DNA from: Acidimicrobiia bacterium | GTDB lineage: Bacteria > Actinomycetota > Acidimicrobiia > Acidimicrobiales > AC-14 | DNA length: 64,000 bases | Assembly (NCBI GenBank): GCA_023264995.1 | Contig: JAHFUR010000014.1 | Location: forward strand, 32,453-96,452 | Direction of reading: 5' to 3' | In this document: one piece after another, positions 47,692-55,335 of the stretch | How positions within the stretch are numbered: position 1 is the first letter of the stretch | How the letters are laid out: every line of letters starts with the position of its first letter | Program-made: the position numbers and the translations under genes | The notes under the pieces: model-generated | The model's input: only the letters and a program-made list of their open reading frames with translations | Told to the model about the DNA's origin: nothing | Database searches by the model: none

Positions 47692-48609
47692 TCACGGGGC
47701 GTCGGCCGCCACGCCCATGACCTGCCAGCCGTCGCCCAGGGGGGCGACCGCGGCCAGGAACTTGCCGCCGGGGCCGTTCACCGGGACCAGCCGGGCCCAG
47801 GTGCCGACGTCGGCGCCGAAAGCGGCGAGGAAGGCCCGGGGGTCCGGGGCGCGGTCGAGGCCGACCGGGGGGCCGGCGGTCCAGGTCCCCTTCGCCTCGC
47901 AGGGTGCCCGGACCAGGCTGGCCGGGCCGTAGAGGTTGGCGGTGACCTGCAGCGCCGCCGCCGACGCCTGGTCGCACGCGGCCAGCAGGCCGACCCAGCG
48001 CTGGACGACCGTCGTCGCCGACGCGTCGGCGGGCATGACCGGGCGGAAGGTCAGCGGGTCGGCCGAGACCCGCCAGCTGTCGCCCTCGCGGCGCACCAGC
48101 CACACGGATGTGCTGCGGGCGGGGACCAGGCCGCGGATGGAGTCGAGCGAGGGCCGGTGGGTGGCGGTGAGGTCGACCTCGAAGGCGCCGGGCCGCTCGG
48201 CGCTGGCCCTCGACGCCCCGACCTCGAAGGTGACGGGCGTGGCCCGGTCGGCCTGGGCGCGGATCCACGACGCCACGGTGGGGTAGCGGCGCCGGCTGGC
48301 CTCGTCGAGAAGGGGGTAGGCCAGGTCGGGGTGGCCGTCGGCCTGGGGCTGGAGGAAGGCGATGACCGCGCTGCGGGGGCCGACGGGCTCCTCGGCGAGG
48401 GTGGGGACGACCTCGGGTGCCGGTGCCGGGCCGTCGGGGATGGTGGTCGGGAAGGTGAAGGCGGCGACCGAGGGTGTGCCCGGTCGGTACTTCGGCGCGG
48501 TGGCCGTGCCCCGGCCGCCGAACAGGGCGGTCCCGGCCGCGCCGAGGGCGACGCCGGCCATGATCACGGCCCCTTGCTTGATGAGGTGCCCCGCGCCGCG
48601 TCCGCCCAT
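47692..48609 (-). CDS. N-terminally anchored hypothetical exported protein (start 48609 or 48657)
   Basis: MGGRGAGHLIKQGAVIMAGVALGAAGTALF anchor. The remainder has good codon bias and no recognisable family. It is 31 nt upstream of the DUF4331 gene on the same strand. Confidence 0.45.
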   Translation of the reverse strand: MGGRGAGHLIKQGAVIMAGVALGAAGTALFGGRGTATAPKYRPGTPSVAAFTFPTTIPDGPAPAPEVVPTLAEEPVGPRSAVIAFLQPQADGHPDLAYPLLDEASRRRYPTVASWIRAQADRATPVTFEVGASRASAERPGAFEVDLTATHRPSLDSIRGLVPARSTSVWLVRREGDSWRVSADPLTFRPVMPADASATTVVQRWVGLLAACDQASAAALQVTANLYGPASLVRAPCEAKGTWTAGPPVGLDRAPDPRAFLAAFGADVGTWARLVPVNGPGGKFLAAVAPLGDGWQVMGVAADAP

Positions 48610-48663
48610 GTACCCGGTGGTTCGGCGCCGGCCGCCCGGTTGGATGGGACCTACCATGACCCG

Positions 48664-48963
48664 GTGCCCCTGATCTCCCGTGACGACGTGGCCCGCGTCG
48701 CCCGCCTGGCCCGCCTCGACGTCACCGAGGAGGAGATCGACCGGTTTGCCGACCAGCTCGCCGCGGTCCTGGAGCACGCCGCCGACCTGGCCACGCTGGA
48801 CACCGCCGGCGTCCCGCCCACCGCCCACCCGTTCCCGCTGGTCAACGTGCTGCGCGACGACGTCGCCGGCCCGAGCCTCGACCGCGACGAGGTCCTAGCC
48901 ATGGCCCCGGCGGCCGAGGACGGCCGCTTCCGGGTGCCCCGCATCCTGGGCGAGGCCCCGTGA
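48664..48963 (+). CDS. gatC: Glu/Asp-tRNA amidotransferase subunit C
   Basis: [39 protein letters not shown]...L...D...V.PT.HP. GTG start. Confidence 0.9.
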   Translation: MPLISRDDVARVARLARLDVTEEEIDRFADQLAAVLEHAADLATLDTAGVPPTAHPFPLVNVLRDDVAGPSLDRDEVLAMAPAAEDGRFRVPRILGEAP

Positions 48964-48975
48964 CGCGCCTCGTCG

Positions 48976-49021
48976 ATCTGGCTGCACCTACGGGTCTCTG
49001 GGCACGCCACTGCAGCCAGAT
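48976..49021 (+). other. 11-bp inverted repeat in the unusual 67-nt gatC-gatA spacer
   Basis: ATCTGGCTGCA (48976-86) / TGCAGCCAGAT (49011-21), with a 24-nt loop. Confidence 0.5.
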
Positions 49022-49030
49022 GGAGCCGGC

Positions 49031-50449
49031 GTGACCTCGGCGGTCGACATCGCCCGCGACGTGCGGGCCGGCGCCCGCTCGGCGCGCGACGTGGTGGAGA
49101 CGCACCTGTCGGCCGTCGCCGGCCGCGAGGCGGAGCTGCACGCCTTCAACCTGGTGCTGGCCGACGAGGCCCGGGCCGGGGCCGACGAGATCGACCGGCG
49201 GGTGGCGGCGGGCGAGGACCCCGGCCCGCTGGCCGGTGTGCCCGTCGCCCTGAAGGACAACCTCTGCACCCGGGGCATCCCCACGACCTGCTCGTCACGG
49301 ATCCTCGAGGGCTGGCGGCCGCCCTATGACGCCACGGTCGTCGCCCGGGTGCGGGCCGCCGGCGCCGTCGTGGTGGGCAAGACGAACATGGACGAGTTCG
49401 CCATGGGTTCGTCCACGGAGAACTCGGCTTTCGGCCCCACCCGCAACCCCCACGACCCCAGCCGGGTCCCGGGCGGGTCGAGCGGGGGGAGCGCGGCGGC
49501 GGTGGCCGCCGGCTTCGCGTCCCTGGCCCTCGGGTCCGACACGGGGGGCTCGATCCGCCAGCCGGCCGCCCTGTGCGGGGTGGTGGGGGTCAAGCCCACC
49601 TATGGCCTCGTCTCCCGGTACGGGCTGGTGGCCTTCGCCTCGTCGCTCGACCAGGTCGGCCCCTTCGCCGGCTCCGTGGCCGACGCCGCCCTCCTCCTCG
49701 ACGTCATCGCCGGCCACGACCCCGCCGACTCCACGTCGGTCCCCCGGCCGGCGCCGTCGTGCTCGGCCGTCCTCGGCGACGGGGTGGAGGGCCTGCGCAT
49801 CGGGGTGGTCCGCGAGCTGCTGGAGGGGATCGACCCCGAGGTGGCGGCCCGGGTGTCGGCCGCCGCCGCCGCCCTCGACGCCGCCGGGGCCAAGGTCGAA
49901 GAGGTGGGTGTACCGGCCACCACCCTGGCCCTGTCCGCCTACTACGTGCTGGCCACCGCCGAGGCGTCGAGCAACCTGGCCCGCTACGACGGGGCCCGCT
50001 ACGGGCTCCGGGTCGCCGGCGACGACGTGACCGCCATGTACGGCGCCACCCGGGCCGCCGGCTTCGGCGCCGAGGTCAAGCGCCGGATCATGCTCGGCAC
50101 CTACGCCCTGTCGGCGGGGTACTACGACGCGTACTACGGCCAGGCCCAGCGGGCCCGCACGCTGATCATCCGGGCGTTCGACGTCGCCTACGCGTCCTAC
50201 GACCTGTTGCTGGCGCCGGTGACGCCCACCACGGCGTTCCCGCTGGGGGCCAAGACCGCCGACCCGCTGACCATGTACCTCTCCGACGTGTGCACCATCC
50301 CGTCGAACCTGGCCGGCCACCCGGCCATCTCCGTGCCCTACGGGCTGGGCGCCGGCGGCCTGCCCATCGGCGTGCAGATCCTGGCGCCGGCGCTGGCCGA
50401 GACCACCATGTTCCGGGCCGCGGCGGCGCTGGAACGGAGCCTCGCATGA
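49031..50449 (+). CDS. gatA: Glu/Asp-tRNA amidotransferase subunit A
   Basis: [24 protein letters not shown], the amidase signature [20 protein letters not shown]....P....[15 protein letters not shown], and [10 protein letters not shown]. Confidence 0.95.
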   Translation: MTSAVDIARDVRAGARSARDVVETHLSAVAGREAELHAFNLVLADEARAGADEIDRRVAAGEDPGPLAGVPVALKDNLCTRGIPTTCSSRILEGWRPPYDATVVARVRAAGAVVVGKTNMDEFAMGSSTENSAFGPTRNPHDPSRVPGGSSGGSAAAVAAGFASLALGSDTGGSIRQPAALCGVVGVKPTYGLVSRYGLVAFASSLDQVGPFAGSVADAALLLDVIAGHDPADSTSVPRPAPSCSAVLGDGVEGLRIGVVRELLEGIDPEVAARVSAAAAALDAAGAKVEEVGVPATTLALSAYYVLATAEASSNLARYDGARYGLRVAGDDVTAMYGATRAAGFGAEVKRRIMLGTYALSAGYYDAYYGQAQRARTLIIRAFDVAYASYDLLLAPVTPTTAFPLGAKTADPLTMYLSDVCTIPSNLAGHPAISVPYGLGAGGLPIGVQILAPALAETTMFRAAAALERSLA

Positions 50450-51876
50450 CGGCGACGACCGCCACTGAGTGGGAGATGGTCGTCGGCCTCGAGGTGCACT
50501 GCGAGCTGGCCACGGCCACCAAGCTGTTCTGCGCCTGCCGCAACGCCTTCGGCGACGAGCCCAACACCAACGTCTGCCCGGTGTGCCTCGGCCTGCCCGG
50601 CTCGCTCCCCGTCCTGAACCGCCACGCCGTCGAGCTGGCCATGCGGGTGGGCCTGGCCCTGCACTCCTCGGTGGAGCCCTCGCTGTTCCACCGGAAGAAC
50701 TACTTCTACCCGGACATGCCCAAGGACTACCAGGTCAGCCAGTACGACGAGCCGTTGAACGTCGGCGGGTGGCTTGACCTTCCCGACGGCTCACGGGTCG
50801 GCGTCACCCGCGCCCACATGGAAGAGGACACCGGCAAGACCACCCACGTCGGCGGCGGGGGCGGGCGCATCCACGGGGCCGACCACTCCCTGGTCGACTA
50901 CAACCGGGCCGGCGTCCCTCTGGTCGAGATCGTGAGCGAGCCCGACATCCGCTCGTCGGAGCAGGCCAAGGCCTATGTCAACGAGCTGCGGGCCATCCTG
51001 GTGGCCATCGGGGCGTCCGACGCCCGCATGGAGGAGGGGTCGCTCCGGATCGACGCCAACGTCTCCCTTCGCCGCCCCGGTGCCGAGGCGTTCGGCACGC
51101 GGGCCGAGATCAAGAACCTCAACTCGGTGCGCTCCCTCGGCCGGGCCCTGGAGTACGAGGTGCGACGTCAGGCCGGGCGGCTGGAGGCCGGCGAGCCGGT
51201 CGTGCAGGAGACCCGCCACTGGAACGAGGACGAGGGCCGCACCTCGTCGATGCGGTCCAAGGAGGAGGCCTACGACTACAGGTACTTCCCCGAGCCCGAC
51301 CTGGTGCCCCTGGCCCCCTCCGACGAGTGGCTGGCCGGCGTCCGGGCCGCCCTCCCGGTGCTGCCCGCCGACCGGCGGGTGGCCTTGGCCGCGGCGGCGG
51401 GGGTGGCGGGCACCGACCCGGCGGTGGCCACCGTCGTCCATCTCGGGCTCGACGACCTGGTGCTCGCCGCGGTCGCCGCCGGCGCCGGCGGCCGGCTGGC
51501 GCTCAACCGGGCGGCCAACGAGCTGGCCCACGGCGCCGTGCCCGATGCCGCAGCTTTTGCCGGCGTGCTGCGGATGGAGGGTGACGGCCGCCTGACCGCC
51601 ACCCAGGCCAAGGCGGTGCTGGCCGAGCTGGTGGCCTCGGGCGGCGACCCCGAGGCCATCGCCAAGGCCAAGGGTTTCGAGGCCCTCGACGGCGGCGTGG
51701 TGGCCGCCGCGGTCGATGCCGCCATCGCCGCCGCCCCGGAGGAGTGGGCCCGCTTCGTGGCCGGCGAGGCCAAGGTGGCCGGGTTCTTCGTCGGCAAGGT
51801 CATGGCCGCCACCGCCGGCAAGGCCGACGGCAAGGCGGTCACCGCCCTCCTGCGGGAGCGCATGGCGGACCGGTGA
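50446..51876 (+). CDS. gatB: Glu/Asp-tRNA amidotransferase subunit B
   Basis: [20 protein letters not shown]....[53 protein letters not shown]. The ATG overlaps the gatA stop. Confidence 0.95.
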   Translation: MTATTATEWEMVVGLEVHCELATATKLFCACRNAFGDEPNTNVCPVCLGLPGSLPVLNRHAVELAMRVGLALHSSVEPSLFHRKNYFYPDMPKDYQVSQYDEPLNVGGWLDLPDGSRVGVTRAHMEEDTGKTTHVGGGGGRIHGADHSLVDYNRAGVPLVEIVSEPDIRSSEQAKAYVNELRAILVAIGASDARMEEGSLRIDANVSLRRPGAEAFGTRAEIKNLNSVRSLGRALEYEVRRQAGRLEAGEPVVQETRHWNEDEGRTSSMRSKEEAYDYRYFPEPDLVPLAPSDEWLAGVRAALPVLPADRRVALAAAAGVAGTDPAVATVVHLGLDDLVLAAVAAGAGGRLALNRAANELAHGAVPDAAAFAGVLRMEGDGRLTATQAKAVLAELVASGGDPEAIAKAKGFEALDGGVVAAAVDAAIAAAPEEWARFVAGEAKVAGFFVGKVMAATAGKADGKAVTALLRERMADR

Positions 51877-51925
51877 CGCCGGCGGCGGGTCACGCCACCA
51901 GATCCGTCACCAGTTCGGGGTGGGG
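51869..51925. repeat. Third copy of the GGTGACG/CGTCACC palindromic element, 3' of gatB
   Basis: ACCGGTGACG (contains the gatB TGA) ... GGGTCACGCCACCAGATCCGTCACCAGTTCGGGGTGGGGG. The 17-mer at 51899-51915 is the exact reverse complement of 24366-24382. Confidence 0.6.
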
Positions 51926-51928
51926 GTC

Positions 51929-52005
51929 GCGTCGCCGGCCATGAGTACGCCGGGGTAGCGTCGCCGGCCATGAGTACGCCGGGGTAGCGTCGCCGGCCAT
52001 GAGTA
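51929..52005 (+). repeat. 29-bp direct tandem repeat, 2.7 copies, spanning the translation start of the downstream gene
   Basis: GCGTCGCCGGCCATGAGTACGCCGGGGTA at 51929-57 and 51958-86 (identical), plus a partial third copy at 51987-52005 that carries the real ATG (51999). Confidence 0.9.
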
Positions 52006-52352
52006 TCGTGAAGATCAACGCCATCACCGTGCCCGCCGAGCGGGCCGACATGATGGCCGCCCGTTTCGCGGCCCGGGCCGGCGAGGTGGGCAAGTCGGCC
52101 GGCTTCGAGGAGTTCCAGCTGCTGCGGCCCGACGATGACCGCACGACGTGGCTGGTGTACACCCGGTGGGCCGACGAGGCCTCGTTCCAGGCGTGGATGT
52201 CGGCCCAGGGGATGGGCCCGGGAGGCGGCGGTCAGCCCGGCGGGGGCCAGGCCGGCGGCGGGCACGGTGGTCCGCCGCCCCAGGGTGGTCCGGTGGCCAC
52301 CGGGAGCGAGCTGTGGTCGTTCCTCGTCGAGCAGCGGGAGGCGGCGCCCTAA
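51999..52352 (+). CDS. MhuD/IsdG-like antibiotic-biosynthesis-monooxygenase (ABM) fold protein with Gly-rich loop expansion
   Basis: MSIVKINAITVPAE....RFA.RA..V....GF..FQLLRP.......W.V.T.W..E..FQAW aligns position-for-position with mycobacterial MhuD (Asn7 and Trp66 conserved). C-terminal PVATGSELWSF.V. Confidence 0.7.
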   Translation: MSIVKINAITVPAERADMMAARFAARAGEVGKSAGFEEFQLLRPDDDRTTWLVYTRWADEASFQAWMSAQGMGPGGGGQPGGGQAGGGHGGPPPQGGPVATGSELWSFLVEQREAAP

Positions 52353-52499
52353 GCAAAGGAGTTGTGGCTTCCGGGGCCTCGCGTCGATTAGTCTGCCGCG
52401 GTCCGTCCCGCGGGGGGACCGCTGGCCCCTTTGCCGGCGCAACGGGGCACGCAGATGCGGGAGCAGTGTGCTGCACAACACAAGCCAAGGAGACGCCCG

Positions 52500-54272
52500 A
52501 TGAGGACTCGGATGCAGAAGCTACGGGTCGCGTTGTTGGCGGCATTGACCGTAGGGTCGGCGGTCCTCTTCTCTGTCGCTGGTCCGGCCCACGCTGATGT
52601 CGACTCCGTGGCCGGCAGCGCCTTCGGCGCGTCCATCACCTCGACCTTGCTCGGCACCGTGCTGGCGCCGTCGCCGGCCGGCATCGCCGGCAGCGCGGCG
52701 GAGCCGGCCGACGGCTTCGGCCCCGTCTCGGCGGCCAGCTGCCCGCTCCCGGTGCCGGCCACCAGCGTCTGCGTCCAGGTCCCGGGCCTGCTCTCCCTCG
52801 GCGCCATCAACGCCGCTACCCAGGGCGCCGGCGTCGCCGGTGACAACCACCTCGGCTTCGCCACCAGCTCGGCCAGCGTCGCCGATATCGCCGTGGGCAC
52901 CGTCGGCAGCGGCCTCTTCGCCCAAGCGGTGTCCAGCACCTGTACCGCTGACGGGAACGGGGCGCGCGGGTCGACGCAGGTCGTGGGCGGCAACCTGGGC
53001 GGGTCGCCGCTGGTCCAGTCGCCGGCCGCCGGGACCACCCTGTCGGTGCCGGGCATCCTCAACGTCATCCTGAACGAGCAGCTCCCGATCCCGCCGGCCT
53101 CGTCGATCAACTCGGTCGGCTCGGCCGGGATCATCGTCAACGGCGCCCACATCACCCTGCTGCCCGCCGTCGGCGGCCTCACCGGCACGCTCGACATCAT
53201 CCTGGCCCAGTCGGTGTGCGCCGCGGCCGGGCCCGACGTCAACGTCGTCCAGGCCACGACCACCACCACCGCCGGCCCGGGGGCCACCACGACCACCACC
53301 CGCGTTGGTGCGACCACGACCACGGTCGGCACCGGCGCCACGACCACCACGGTGGCGCCGGTCGTCACGCCCAGCACCACGCCGGGCACGGGCATCAACG
53401 TCTGCAACGCCGGCAACGGCGGCAACGGCGGCACCGGCACCGGCATCGGCGGGAGCGCCAGCGCCGGCGGCGGGAACGCGGCCGGAGGCGGGGCCACCGG
53501 CGGCACGGCCACCGGTGGCAACGGCACCGGCACCGGTGGGGCGGCCGGTAGCGGCGGCAACGCCTGCAACGGCACTGGGATCATCCCGATCTCGCTCCCC
53601 ACCGTGCCCACCGCGGGGATCATCAACATCAACATCTGCAACGCCGGCAACGGCGGCAACGGCGGCAACGGCACCGGCATCGGCGGCCCGGCCAACGCCG
53701 GGGGTGGGACCGGCGGTACGTCGGGCTCGGCGACGGGCGGGTCGGCCACCGGCGGTGCCGGCACGGGCACGGGCGGTGCCGGCGGCAACGGCGGCGACGC
53801 CTGCAACGTGACCCTGGCCGCGGCGACGACCACGACGACGGCCGCCGTGGTCGTGCCGGTCGTCACCATCATCGGAGGCGGCACGGGTGGCTTCCTCGTC
53901 GCCAACGGCACACCTGTCGTACCGGGCATCGCCGGCGTGGCCAACGTCGGGCTCCTGGCTCGCACCGGCGCCCACCTCGGCCCCGTGGCCCTCATGGCCA
54001 TGGTCCTGACCGTGCTGGGCATGCTCCTGTTCTTCGGCTCCCAGGGCCTGCCCGACCCCGCCGCCCGCCGCTTCGTCAGCCACCCCATGTTCCGCCCGGC
54101 CCACGCCGGCGGCGCCCGGGTGCTCCCGGCCGGCGCCTCGAGCCGGCTCGACGGGGCCGCTCTCGACGCCCTGATCGAGATGACCGGCTCGCCGGCTGAG
54201 CCCGACGCCACGCCGCCCCAGGGCCGGCGGGGTGGGCCTCGACGGGGCCTGTTCTCCCAGCGTCCCTGGTAG
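52500..54272 (+). CDS. Secreted surface protein: N-terminal globular domain, Thr-rich linker, two Cys-bracketed Gly/Asn-rich modules, LARTG sorting motif + TM + long tail
   Basis: AAGGAG Shine-Dalgarno 7 nt before ATG 52500. Signal peptide MRTRMQKLRVALLAALTVGSAVLFSVAGPAHA. LARTG at 53955-69 is followed by a hydrophobic helix. See findings. Confidence 0.7.
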   Translation: MRTRMQKLRVALLAALTVGSAVLFSVAGPAHADVDSVAGSAFGASITSTLLGTVLAPSPAGIAGSAAEPADGFGPVSAASCPLPVPATSVCVQVPGLLSLGAINAATQGAGVAGDNHLGFATSSASVADIAVGTVGSGLFAQAVSSTCTADGNGARGSTQVVGGNLGGSPLVQSPAAGTTLSVPGILNVILNEQLPIPPASSINSVGSAGIIVNGAHITLLPAVGGLTGTLDIILAQSVCAAAGPDVNVVQATTTTTAGPGATTTTTRVGATTTTVGTGATTTTVAPVVTPSTTPGTGINVCNAGNGGNGGTGTGIGGSASAGGGNAAGGGATGGTATGGNGTGTGGAAGSGGNACNGTGIIPISLPTVPTAGIININICNAGNGGNGGNGTGIGGPANAGGGTGGTSGSATGGSATGGAGTGTGGAGGNGGDACNVTLAAATTTTTAAVVVPVVTIIGGGTGGFLVANGTPVVPGIAGVANVGLLARTGAHLGPVALMAMVLTVLGMLLFFGSQGLPDPAARRFVSHPMFRPAHAGGARVLPAGASSRLDGAALDALIEMTGSPAEPDATPPQGRRGGPRRGLFSQRPW

Positions 54273-54295
54273 CCCAGGGTTCGCCGATCTGAGCT

Positions 54296-54323
54296 GACGG
54301 GGGCGCCTTCGGGCGCCTCCGTC
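54296..54323. terminator. 12-bp GC-rich hairpin with UUCG tetraloop between convergent genes
   Basis: GACGGGGGCGCC-ttcg-GGCGCCTCCGTC (one G.U), flanked by CCGATCTG (54284-91) / CAGATCCGG (54336-44). Confidence 0.55.
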
Positions 54324-54351
54324 GCGTCCGGCCCACAGATCCGGGCGGCGC

Positions 54352-55335
54352 CTACTCCTTGAAGGAGAGCGAGACGCCGAAGTCGCCGGCGGCGTCGGTC
54401 CACCACCGGGCCAGGGCCAGGTCGGCGTCGCCCAGCTCGGCCTCGACGCCCTCCGGCCGGAACTTGGCGCTGATCTCGGTGCGCATGGCCTCGCCGGAGC
54501 CGTAGCCGACGGTGAGGTCGAGGTCACCCACGGTGACCGTTTGGGCCACGGTCGACCGGAGCCACATCTCGATCCACTCCTCGTCGGGGTCGAAGCGGGC
54601 CACGTGGGCGAACTGGTCGGGCACGAAGTCGGCTGCCAGCTCCCGGTTGACGACGTGGAGGACGTTGCGGTTGAACGCCGCCGTCACGCCGGCCGCGTCG
54701 TCGTAGGCCGCCTCCAGCCGGGCCACGTCCTTCACCAGGTCGGTGCCGAGCAGCAGGCTGTCGCCCGGCGCCAGCATGGCCGCCACCTCGGACAGGAACA
54801 CGGCCCGCTGCTTGGGGGCCAGGTTGCCGATGGTGCCGCCCAGGAAGGCCACCAGCCGCCGGCCGCCGCCGGGGATGGTGCCCAGGTGGTGCTCGAAGTC
54901 GCCCACCACGGCCCGGACGTGGGCCAGGGGGTACTCGGTGGCCAGGGTGGCGGCCGCGGCCCGCAGGGTGGGCTCGCTGACGTCGAAGGCCACGATGTGG
55001 CGCAGCCGGCCGGCACCGGCCATGGCGTCGAGCAGGAGGTGGGTCTTCTCCGACGTGCCTGAGCCCAGCTCGACCAGGGTGTCGGCGCCGGACAGCCGGG
55101 CGATCTCGCCGGCCTGCTCGGCCAGGATGGCCCGCTCGCAGCGGGTCGGGTAGTACTCGGGGAGGCGGGTGATCTGGTCGAAGAGGTCCGAGCCCCGGGC
55201 GTCGTAGAAGTACTTCGGGGGGAGCTCCTTGGGGGCCGACGTCAGCCCGGCGGCCACGTCGTGGCGCAGGGCCTCGCGCAGCTGCGCCGGCGTGAGGTGG
55301 ACGTCGACGCTGACGCTCGGCATCTTGGGGACCAT
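54352..55335 (-). CDS. egtD: L-histidine N-alpha-methyltransferase (ergothioneine biosynthesis)
   Basis: [82 protein letters not shown]. It is only the lower part of the 527-aa track ORF. Confidence 0.9.
   Translation of the reverse strand: MVPKMPSVSVDVHLTPAQLREALRHDVAAGLTSAPKELPPKYFYDARGSDLFDQITRLPEYYPTRCERAILAEQAGEIARLSGADTLVELGSGTSEKTHLLLDAMAGAGRLRHIVAFDVSEPTLRAAAATLATEYPLAHVRAVVGDFEHHLGTIPGGGRRLVAFLGGTIGNLAPKQRAVFLSEVAAMLAPGDSLLLGTDLVKDVARLEAAYDDAAGVTAAFNRNVLHVVNRELAADFVPDQFAHVARFDPDEEWIEMWLRSTVAQTVTVGDLDLTVGYGSGEAMRTEISAKFRPEGVEAELGDADLALARWWTDAAGDFGVSLSFKE

Noticed and set aside
51929-52005. Tandem 29-mers, considered as a minimal CRISPR array
   Set aside because: The copies are directly adjacent with no spacers, there are only 2.7 units, and they overlap a start codon. 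This is better explained as a tandem duplication (reported as a finding).
53394-53810. Repetitive GGC/AAC/ACC arrays, considered as a microsatellite or CRISPR-like repeat
   Set aside because: The repeats are in frame within a signal-peptide-to-sorting-signal ORF and encode the two Gly/Asn modules. There is no repeat-spacer periodicity and no cas genes.
52388-54527. Two ~670-aa minus-strand ORFs opposite the first LARTG gene
   Set aside because: The + strand frame has a Shine-Dalgarno, a signal peptide, a sorting motif and a TM helix in the right order. The minus frames give Pro/Ala/Arg-rich strings without start context.
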